From positions 1 to 27,349 of IMG/VR virus record IMGVR_UViG_3300033417_000044: 27,349 nt of DNA. One strand, given 5' to 3'. The notes below the pieces were generated by a model. It searched no databases, had not been told where the DNA came from, and saw only the letters and a list, made by a program, of their open reading frames with translations. Position numbers and translations under genes: made by a program. This document shows positions 15,541-23,135 of this stretch, piece after piece. This DNA comes from a virus (taxonomy: Duplodnaviria; Caudoviricetes). Each line of letters starts with the position of its first letter. The first letter of the stretch is position 1.

Positions 15541-17477
15541 CGCAAATCCTGAGACAATCGACAGCCGTTGACGTGCTGGCTGGCCCGTTCCTTGACAGCA
15601 CCGATGGCTTCACCGCCGAGGTCGGAGTATCCCCTGCGGTCAAGCTGTCGAAGAACGGGCAGGGGCTCGCCGCCAAGACCGACATAACGACGCCGGTCCA
15701 TGACGCGGACGGCTACTACAACTGCGAGCTTGACGCGACCGACACCAACACGGTCGGGACGCTGGTGCTCACGGTCGTCGGCAGCTCGACCTCGCTACCC
15801 GTGCGGCACGAATTTATGGTTGTCGAGGAAGCTGTTTATGATGCCTTCTTTGCATCGACGGCCGACCTGCATACGGCATCCATTTCTGACATCGAATCCT
15901 CGCTGGTCATCGTCAAGTCGGACTTAGTGGTGATCGACGACTTCGTGGATAACGAGGTTTCCGATATCAAGTCGCAGCTCGTCGTGGTGGCGTCCGATCT
16001 GCTCCAGGTTTACTCCGATACGACGATCATCGCGTCGGACGTGGTGCAGGTCTACAGCGACACGACGATCCTCACATCGCAGACCGTGATCGTGAAATCG
16101 GACACCAGCGACATCAGGTCGCATCTGGTGGTCATCGCCTCTGACGTTGTGCAAATCTACTCGGATACCACGCACATCGACAGCGACGTGACGCTGGCGG
16201 AGTCCCGCCTGCTGGTCGTGAAATCAGACACGAGTGATATTCAGAGCCACTTGACGAAGGTCTATAGCGACACGACCAGCATCGAGGCCGATCTTGCCGA
16301 GGCCGATACGAGCGACATCCACAGCCTTTTGACGCTGGTCCGCAGCGACACGACAAGGATTGAGCTTGCATTGGTGACAGCCACCGGCGCGCTAGAGGAT
16401 GTGCCGACAACGACGGTCTTGCAGACCAATCTCGCCGAGGCGACGGACAATCATTACAACAACATGGTTTTCGTCATGACCAGTGGCGACGAAGCCGGCG
16501 AGGCGCGGCGCATCCTCGATTACACAGGATTAACCGGGACGATCACGCTCGAAACTGCATTGTCCGGCGCACCGTCCGCCGCCGAGACGTTCGCCATTCT
16601 CAACATCCCGTTGATTGGCGAAGCATCAGAGTGGGATACCGTCGTCAGTGACGTGGCGGCAATCGAGGTCGGCGTCAGCGATACCGAGAGCGCCTTGGTG
16701 GTCATCAAGTCTGATTTGGCCCAGGTCTATAGCGACACCACGATTATCTATTCGGATACGACTCACATCAACAGCGACACGACGCATATTGAGTCGGATG
16801 CTGCCGCAATCGAAGTGGGCGTGAGCGACACGGAAAGCGCGCTGGTCGTGATTAAATCCGATTTGGCGCAGGTGTATTCGGACACCACCGTCATTGCCTC
16901 TGACGTGGTACTAATCTACTCGGATACGACCGCGATCGAGGCCGCCGGCGCGGCTCTGACTGCTGCCCAGGATAGCAAGCTCACGCAAGTTCATTCCGAC
17001 GTGATTGTGGTCGGCTCGCAAGTGCTGATCGTGAAGTCGGATACGTCCGATGTTAAGAGTTCGCTGGTCAGGGTGTATAGCGACACCACGAAGATCGAGT
17101 CCGACACTGCCGCTATCGAGATCGGGGTATCAGACACCGAGAGCAGCTTGGTGATCGTGCGCTCCGACCTGCTGCAAGTGTATTCCGACACGACGATCCT
17201 GGTTCCCGCCGTCTCGGATGTCGAGAGCAGCCTGGTCATCATCAAGTCCGATCTGATTGTGATCGACGCCATCCCGACCACGGCGCTCACCGAATCCTAT
17301 GCGGTGAACGGAGCTGCGCCGACCCGCGACCAGGCGTTGATGGCGATACACCAAATGCTGATGGACTTCGCGATCTCCGGTACGTCCGTCACGGTCAAGA
17401 AGCTCGACGACGCGACAACGGCCTTCGTCGTGACGCTGGACGACGACACGAATCCGACTAGCGCCGCGAGAACTTAA
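15537..17477 (+). CDS. Fibre-like virion protein with xxSDxxx heptad repeats
   Basis: Globular N-terminal and central domains, each followed by a long V/I-x-S-D-T-x-x heptad array. GTGA coupling to the GT gene. Confidence 0.8.
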   Translation: MTQILRQSTAVDVLAGPFLDSTDGFTAEVGVSPAVKLSKNGQGLAAKTDITTPVHDADGYYNCELDATDTNTVGTLVLTVVGSSTSLPVRHEFMVVEEAVYDAFFASTADLHTASISDIESSLVIVKSDLVVIDDFVDNEVSDIKSQLVVVASDLLQVYSDTTIIASDVVQVYSDTTILTSQTVIVKSDTSDIRSHLVVIASDVVQIYSDTTHIDSDVTLAESRLLVVKSDTSDIQSHLTKVYSDTTSIEADLAEADTSDIHSLLTLVRSDTTRIELALVTATGALEDVPTTTVLQTNLAEATDNHYNNMVFVMTSGDEAGEARRILDYTGLTGTITLETALSGAPSAAETFAILNIPLIGEASEWDTVVSDVAAIEVGVSDTESALVVIKSDLAQVYSDTTIIYSDTTHINSDTTHIESDAAAIEVGVSDTESALVVIKSDLAQVYSDTTVIASDVVLIYSDTTAIEAAGAALTAAQDSKLTQVHSDVIVVGSQVLIVKSDTSDVKSSLVRVYSDTTKIESDTAAIEIGVSDTESSLVIVRSDLLQVYSDTTILVPAVSDVESSLVIIKSDLIVIDAIPTTALTESYAVNGAAPTRDQALMAIHQMLMDFAISGTSVTVKKLDDATTAFVVTLDDDTNPTSAART

Positions 17478-17944
17478 TGGCCATCAGGGCGGTTGTAAGC
17501 CGGGGTTTCGGGAACGGAACCTTCGACGGCACGATTGCGCTTATCGCCACCCGCGGCTATTTGCCGGGTGTTGCGGCGGTCGGCTGGTGGCCGATCGAGC
17601 TTGAGAAGAAGCGCCGCCAGCGCCGTCTCTATGCCGAGGCCGGCTACCGCCGCCAGGTTGTCGAGCCAACCCTAGACCGGATCATCGCCGAGCTGCTACC
17701 GCCGGAGCCCGTAGCGGAGCCGGCCGAGTTCACCGCTCCGACTGTCGAAGAGCCGTGGCTGCCGGCAGAGTCCTATGCCGCCCCGCCATCGCAAGAGCCG
17801 ATCGTCACGTTCTCGCCGCTCCTGCCGGTCACGGTGGGATTGCTGGCGATCGCCGAACGGCTCAAGTGGCAACGGGCGCTGGATGCAATGCGCGAGCGCG
17901 AGGACGAAGAGGCGATCCTGCTGTGGCTGCTCGCCGATGATTGA
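17477..17944 (+). CDS. Hypothetical phage protein
   Basis: TAATG coupling. C-terminal EDEEAILLWLL motif. Confidence 0.75.
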   Translation: MAIRAVVSRGFGNGTFDGTIALIATRGYLPGVAAVGWWPIELEKKRRQRRLYAEAGYRRQVVEPTLDRIIAELLPPEPVAEPAEFTAPTVEEPWLPAESYAAPPSQEPIVTFSPLLPVTVGLLAIAERLKWQRALDAMREREDEEAILLWLLADD

Positions 17945-18109
17945 GACGCGGGCCGGTCGCTACTCCGGCATCTGGCCTGCCTCCACGGCAGTTGTGTTCT
18001 TGCGATTCCCGCCGTTCACTAGGTCACAAGCGTCTCGCTCTCAGCCTCGCCAGCAACGTCAGCCCAGTTCTCGAAAGCGTGTCTGCGACTTTCCACGCCG
18101 CCGCGTCTC
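17943..18109 (-). ncRNA. Putative tRNA-like structured RNA
   Basis: 9-bp terminal stem (18109-18101/17951-17943), D-arm-like 5-bp hairpin GCGUG/CACGC, and T-arm-like GCCGG-8nt-CCGGC stacked on the terminal stem. Fills the only large intergenic gap. Confidence 0.55.
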
Positions 18110-18137
18110 GGCACCTTGCTACCACATAACCGTCCGT

Positions 18138-18172
18138 CCTGACATTAAAATCTGCGCCCTGACGCCTATCCT
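18138..18172 (+). promoter_or_regulatory. Putative late promoter, motif copy 2
   Basis: cctgacattaaa...tatcct, an ungapped match to 9474-9508, upstream of the scaffold/capsid block. Confidence 0.55.
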
Positions 18173-18198
18173 GGGATCGAACAACCCAGGAGGGCGCA

Positions 18199-18420
18199 AT
18201 GCCTTACGATCGCAACGATCCCCCTTCGGTGGGCGGCAGCCACGAGGTTCAGCACGGCCTGAAGGTCGGCGAGCCGGGCGGCAAGCAGACCACCAAGATG
18301 CAGGACACCCAGGGCACCAGCCTGCCGAACGGCGGCGCGCCGCGGCGTCACGGGATGGGCGGCGGCCGGCATAACAACGGCCGCTACGGCGGATCCAAGA
18401 AGATGGGCATGGACTACTGA
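18199..18420 (+). CDS. Small Gly-rich disordered protein
   Basis: AGGAGG RBS. Confidence 0.7.
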   Translation: MPYDRNDPPSVGGSHEVQHGLKVGEPGGKQTTKMQDTQGTSLPNGGAPRRHGMGGGRHNNGRYGGSKKMGMDY

Positions 18421-18423
18421 TCC

Positions 18424-18792
18424 ATGGTCGTCCCGACCCCGCCCACCGTTGCCGAGATCGACCGCCAGATCGCCGACCTCGCACCCGATATCCATCGGGG
18501 CGCCGAGGCCAAGCGGTTTCTGGAGCATCCGCTGTTGCGGGATGCGCTCGCACGCATCGAACGCGGCATCCATACGAGCTTCGAGGAAGTCGCCACGGGG
18601 CCGCCCGGCCCTGAGCAGGCCGAGCGCTACCAGATGCTCGGCATGAAGCTCCGGGTGCTCAACGACTTCAAGACGGTGTTCAACGCTGTGGTGCAGACCG
18701 GGGCGATGGCCGAGGCAGACAGCGCCAATCTCGAAAGCCAGCGGATGTATTCGCGGGAGTTCGAGCATCCGGTTTTCGCGGAGGCCGAGTGA
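18424..18792 (+). CDS. Helical phage protein of the type found between portal and scaffold
   Basis: RGAEAKRFLEHPLL motif and gene position. Confidence 0.75.
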   Translation: MVVPTPPTVAEIDRQIADLAPDIHRGAEAKRFLEHPLLRDALARIERGIHTSFEEVATGPPGPEQAERYQMLGMKLRVLNDFKTVFNAVVQTGAMAEADSANLESQRMYSREFEHPVFAEAE

Positions 18793-19574
18793 TGCCTGGC
18801 GCACCGCCTTCTGGACAAGGCACGGCCCCCAAGAGAGTCTGGCTGGCAAGCGAAGGTCGCTACGTGCTTGTGGGCAGCCCGGAGCATTTGGCCTCTCTTC
18901 AGCGGTCGAACGTCCCACCGGGGACGCCTCCCGCCAGTTCGATACCGGCAGCCGGTTCACAACCGCCGCCCGTAGCCGCGCCGTCATCCATGCCGACCGG
19001 CCCTGCCCCCGCGCAAGGGACTATGGATTTTCACGCCTTTCAAGCGGCACAGGGCAGCGCCAACGACATCGCTGCGCTCAAGACCTATCTGGACTTGGGC
19101 AACCAGAACGCGACGGCCTCGATCGAGAAATACGGCATCGGCAATCTGTTTGATCTGCCTTCGGGTAGCCCGCAGCCGCCACCAGCCGATCCCGCCGTGC
19201 CACCGCCTCCCGGCTCTACGTTGGGACCGCCACCTACGGGGACGGGACCGCCGATCCTGAATCCCAATCCACCGCCGCTGCTCAATCCTGAGACGCCGGC
19301 GCGGATGTTCGGGCAAGCGACACCCTATCCCCAACTCGGAGGGATGTTCGCGCCGCGGCCGTGGCAGCAGGCGGCCATGTTTCCGCCGGCCCAAGCTCCG
19401 GCCCAGCCGCCAGGACAGCCCCCTGCTCAGCCGCCAGGACAGCCGGCCCAGGGGCAACCGCCAATGGGTCTGCCCTGGCAGATGCAGCAACCGGAGATAC
19501 CGGAGTTCCTGAAGAAGCGGCTGGCTGCGGCGCAAGCCTTTCAGCTCGGCCCGTCGATGCTTTTCGGAGGTTGA
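18789..19574 (+). CDS. Pro/Gln-rich low-complexity protein
   Basis: GGAGG RBS and QPPGQPPAQPPGQ repeats. Coupled start. Confidence 0.7.
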   Translation: MMPGAPPSGQGTAPKRVWLASEGRYVLVGSPEHLASLQRSNVPPGTPPASSIPAAGSQPPPVAAPSSMPTGPAPAQGTMDFHAFQAAQGSANDIAALKTYLDLGNQNATASIEKYGIGNLFDLPSGSPQPPPADPAVPPPPGSTLGPPPTGTGPPILNPNPPPLLNPETPARMFGQATPYPQLGGMFAPRPWQQAAMFPPAQAPAQPPGQPPAQPPGQPAQGQPPMGLPWQMQQPEIPEFLKKRLAAAQAFQLGPSMLFGG

Positions 19575-19577
19575 GAC

Positions 19578-20090
19578 ATGGCTTTCGGTGGACCGACCGG
19601 CGCGTTGTTCGGGGGCATGCCCGGGGGCGGGCAGATGGACCCGAGGATGATTGCTGCGCTGATGCAGCGGGCTGGGATGTCTGGCCAGATGCCCGGCCCG
19701 CAGAGCGGTGGGATGCCGCTCGCCGGCGCGCCGATGATGGGCGGGGGGATGCCCGGAATGATGCCGCCCGGCATGGGCGCCGGCGGGCCTCCAGGAATGG
19801 GCGGCGGTGGCCCTCCTGGCATGCCAGCCGGGATGCCGCCGGGTATGGGCGGTGGGATGCCGCCCGGCATGGGACCGCCCGGCATGGGGATGCCCGGCGT
19901 ACCGCCGGGGACCAATCCGCAGCCCACCCAGGCGACACCGCCGATCCAGCAGCCGATGCCCAATCAGCAGGCGTTCGGCAACGCCAATCCGTTTGCGCGC
20001 TTCCAGCGTCCGGGGGGCGCCTTCGGGCGGCCCTTGTCGATGATGAGCGCGACGACACCACAGTTGCCATGGAGACGATATGGCGCTTGA
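19578..20090 (+). CDS. Gly/Met/Pro-rich low-complexity protein
   Basis: GGAGG RBS and GMPPGMG repeats. Confidence 0.7.
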   Translation: MAFGGPTGALFGGMPGGGQMDPRMIAALMQRAGMSGQMPGPQSGGMPLAGAPMMGGGMPGMMPPGMGAGGPPGMGGGGPPGMPAGMPPGMGGGMPPGMGPPGMGMPGVPPGTNPQPTQATPPIQQPMPNQQAFGNANPFARFQRPGGAFGRPLSMMSATTPQLPWRRYGA

Positions 20091-21159
20091 TCCTTCGCCC
20101 GGCGCTGCCGAGGCGTCAACCATTCAGAGTTTGGAAGCCATCCTCGCAGAAGGCGAGGCTGGTTCCGAAGAAGCGCGAGACGAGGCGACCGCAGAGGCCA
20201 CCCCGGAGCCGACCCCGCACGAGCGGGAGGCCGAGGACGCTACGAGCGAGCCTGACGAGAGCGCTGACGAGGCCGTCAAAGCCAAGAAGGCCGGCGAGAA
20301 GGCCGACACCGAGGATGTCGAGGTTCCCGAAACGATCGGGGCCTGGGCTGAGGAACTCGGGGTCGATGCCGAGGCGCTGGCCGCGCACGTCAAGGTCCAG
20401 GTCAAAGTGGACGGGGCCGTGCGCGATGTTCCGCTGTCCGATGTCGTCAAGAACTACCAGCTTGAAGGCCACTGGCAGCGCAAGGACATGGCTTTGGCGG
20501 ATGAGCGTCGGGCGTTCGATGACGCCCGGCAAGCGTTCAACGCCGAGTACCAGAGGACTTCGCAAGTCCTGCACGCTCTTGCCCAACAGGCTGAACATCT
20601 GATCGCCGGCGAGATGCAGGCGCTCAACCCGGAACTCGAAAAGGACGACCCGATCGAGTATGCGCGTCAGGAACGCGCGATCCGGCAGCGGCGCGAGTAT
20701 CTCAACCAGCTCTACGGCGGGATCGGCAATGTGCTTCAGTACGCACAGGGTCAGCAATTTCAGCAGCACGAAGCTCTACGTGAGTTTCACGCCCGTAACC
20801 TTGCCGAGAAGGTGCCCGAGTGGGGCAGCGACCCGTACAAGGCGCAGCGTGAGATCGGCGAGCTGAGGGCATTGGCGCGCGGGGCTGGATTCTCGCAGGC
20901 CGAAACCGACAACCTCATCGACCACCGGACCATCCTTCTCCTTCGTGAGCTGAAGCAGCTTCGCGAGCAGAAGGCGGGGGTGCCGCTCGCGCGCAAGAAG
21001 CTCAAGACCCTACCCAAGATCAAGCTCACGCGGCCTGGTGCTGGGCAGGGTGCGGGCGGCGACCGTGCGGCGACAACCAAGGTGGCGCTGAAGAAGCTGC
21101 GGCAAACCGGCGACTGGCGAGACGGAGCGGACGCCCTTATGGGCCTCGGCATCGTTTAG
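20080..21159 (+). CDS. Capsid scaffolding protein
   Basis: Acidic N-terminus, VKVDGAVRDVPLSDVVKNYQ...RKDMALADERR motif and basic C-terminus, directly before the capsid gene. Confidence 0.88.
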   Translation: MALDPSPGAAEASTIQSLEAILAEGEAGSEEARDEATAEATPEPTPHEREAEDATSEPDESADEAVKAKKAGEKADTEDVEVPETIGAWAEELGVDAEALAAHVKVQVKVDGAVRDVPLSDVVKNYQLEGHWQRKDMALADERRAFDDARQAFNAEYQRTSQVLHALAQQAEHLIAGEMQALNPELEKDDPIEYARQERAIRQRREYLNQLYGGIGNVLQYAQGQQFQQHEALREFHARNLAEKVPEWGSDPYKAQREIGELRALARGAGFSQAETDNLIDHRTILLLRELKQLREQKAGVPLARKKLKTLPKIKLTRPGAGQGAGGDRAATTKVALKKLRQTGDWRDGADALMGLGIV

Positions 21160-21171
21160 GAGGAGGCCTAG

Positions 21172-21318
21172 ATGGCCCAACCGTCACCGGCACCGTTCAG
21201 CACCTACGACGCGATTGGTAATCGCGAGCACCTGGAGAATGTCATCTACATGATTTCTCCGCACGACACGCCTTTCTACTCGGCGATCCCGAGGTCGAAG
21301 GCGACGGCCACGCTGCAT
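21172..21318 (+). CDS. Major capsid protein, exon 1 (49 aa; missing from ORF track)
   Basis: AGGAGG RBS. MAQPSPAPFSTYDAIGNREHLENVIYMISPHDTPFYSAIPRSKATATLH matches the DUF5309/SU10-type capsid N-terminus as recalled. TTG TAG follows if unspliced. Confidence 0.9.
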
Positions 21319-22322
21319 TTGTAGACCACTTGTGCAGATAAAACGTAGCTATATGACGGGGATAGCCTGAGAGTTCCATGACCCACAGCGGAAAATACAT
21401 GGAAATTGGCCAATCCGCAGCTAAGAGCTACGCTTACTTGTTGGGCGTATTTCTTGGAGATGGGAGCGTGTCGCGCGGGCGATATGCTCAAAGCACCATC
21501 GACAAGGATTTCGCCGATGCCGTTGTGGCAGCGTTCGCAGATTTGAGCGACTGCCGCGTATGCGTCTCGTATCAGGAAAAGCCCAAGAAAGACAGGCCGG
21601 CAAGTCCGATCTGGAATGTCAGTTGCGGCGACAAGGCGCTTGCAGAGCGTTTGGTCGCTGACACAAAGGGCAAAACCATAATTCCTGATTATGTGCACGC
21701 ATGGGATGACGAATTGCGGAAGCAGTTCGTTATCGGCCTAATGGATAGCGAAGGGTTTGTCGCGGCCAACGGTAATGGCCGTGGTTACAACTGGAAACGT
21801 ACAAACCGCGCCTATTACATGGGCTATAAATCGTGCGATATATGGGTTCCTGATCTAATCAGGATCATGGAGGGCGTCGGCCTGCGGATTGGCAAAATCT
21901 CGCAGGAACAACCTCGGAAGCCCGGATATAAAACGCCGACCAGATTCCACATCAAAATGCAGTCGTGGATTAATGCTGGGATGCGTTTCAATATCGCACG
22001 TAAGCAGGACCGCGTAGATCAATGGGCAGCCATTGGTCCTTACGAAAGGCGTGCCTTGCATCCGCGTGGTGGTCCGCAGCGGTTTTGTGCTGTGCCATTA
22101 TGCGGCCACAAGCATCTCGCCAAGGGTCTTTGCAACCGGCATTACAAGCAAGCGCAGGCTAAGCTCAGAGACTTGTACGCTACGCATGGTGTTTACCATG
22201 ATGAGCCAGTCCGATCTCAGACCGAAAGGCTGAGAGTAGCATGGAAACATGCTGCCGCCGCAGTGATGCGGTCAGTAGCGGCTTCAATCGCTTTGATTGT
22301 TGCCGTGAATGTAACAGAAATC
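21319..22322 (+). mobile_element. Group I intron in the major capsid gene
   Basis: P1 CUGCAU/GUGCAG with U-G at the 5' splice site. P10 CCACUU/GAGUGG. P3 CGUAGC (21344-21349)/GCUACG (22179-22184). Q element AAUCCGCAG, R element CUCAGAGACU, P8 hairpin 22185-22200, S element ...CAGUCC, and three GNRA-capped P9 hairpins. 3' boundary is 22322 or 22323. Confidence 0.92.
21378..22322 (+). CDS. Intron-encoded LAGLIDADG homing endonuclease, open in frame into capsid exon 2
   Basis: Two motifs, YLLGVFLGDG and FVIGLMDSEG, and a C-terminal CAVPLC...GLCNRHY motif. Lies mostly in the P6 loop. Start is 21378 or 21399. Confidence 0.88.
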
Positions 22323-23120
22323 GAGTGGCAAATCGACGCACTCGCTGCCGCGGCGCAGAACCGTGTGATCGAAGGCGACGACGCGACCACGGATGTTGGC
22401 ACGGCAACGACTCGCCGTGGCAACTACACGCAGATCAGCGACAAGGTGCCGCGCGTCACCGGCACCCAGGAGGTCGTGTCGAAGGCCGGCCGGCGCTCGG
22501 AAATGGCGCATCAGATCATGAAGCGCAGCTTCGAGCTCAAGACCGACATCGAGAACGACCTGTGCGCCAACGCAAGTCGCGCCGCGGGCAGCGATTCAGT
22601 CGCCCGAGGCTCGGCTGGCCTGGTGTCATGGATCGCGACCAACGAGAGTGTCGGCACCGGTGGCTCTGCGCCGACCGGCGACGGCACCAATACCCGCACG
22701 GCCGGCACTGCCCGCACGTTCGAGGAGTCGATGATGCTGAGCGTATCTCAGCAAATCTTCGTCGCGGGCGGCAACCCCGACTGCATCATGCTCGGGGCGT
22801 TCAACAAGCGGCGTTTCTCGACGTTCCAGGGCAACGCCACCCGCAACGTCGGCGCGGCCGATCGGAAGCTGTTCAGCGCAATTGACGTTTACGAGACCGA
22901 CTTCGGCGACATCGAGGTCGTCGTGAACCGCTTCCAGCCTGCGGGTGTCGCGCTGATCCTCGAAAAGAAGATGTGGGCGTTCGCATCCTTGCGGCCGTTC
23001 CGGCTCGTTGATCTCGCTAAAGACGGCGACAGCGATCGCAAGCAACTTTTGATCGAGTTTACCTTGGAGGCTCGGAATCAGGCCGCGTCGGGGATCGTCG
23101 CCGATCTTTCGACGGCTTAG
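22323..23120 (+). CDS. Major capsid protein, exon 2 (265 aa; spliced product 314 aa)
   Basis: EWQIDAL...EGDDA, NYTQI, ELKTDIE, YETDFG and LAKDGDS motifs. Joining restores TLH-EWQ. Confidence 0.92.
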   Translation, partial: EWQIDALAAAAQNRVIEGDDATTDVGTATTRRGNYTQISDKVPRVTGTQEVVSKAGRRSEMAHQIMKRSFELKTDIENDLCANASRAAGSDSVARGSAGLVSWIATNESVGTGGSAPTGDGTNTRTAGTARTFEESMMLSVSQQIFVAGGNPDCIMLGAFNKRRFSTFQGNATRNVGAADRKLFSAIDVYETDFGDIEVVVNRFQPAGVALILEKKMWAFASLRPFRLVDLAKDGDSDRKQLLIEFTLEARNQAASGIVADLSTA

Positions 23121-23135
23121 GCTAGGGAGGCCGAC

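Noticed and set aside
17943-18109. Canonical tRNA or tmRNA
   Set aside because: It lacks the T-loop consensus, anticodon arm and CCA, is too short for tmRNA and shows no tag ORF. Kept only as tRNA-like.
17775-18374. ORFs 17775-18374 and 17941-18129 across the intergenic gap
   Set aside because: They have no RBS and are Arg/Ser-rich or featureless. The region is better explained by RNA structure and promoters.
2875-21324. Stop-codon reassignment suggested by in-frame TGA 2875 and TAG 21322
   Set aside because: TGA and TAG both end clear genes here (terS with TGA; terL, portal and capsid with TAG).
21378-22322. Intein in the capsid protein
   Set aside because: Exon 1 is in a different frame and is followed by TAG. 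There are no intein terminal motifs, and the group I RNA elements explain the insertion.
21319-22322. Group II intron
   Set aside because: No GUGYG 5' end, no domain V and no reverse transcriptase.
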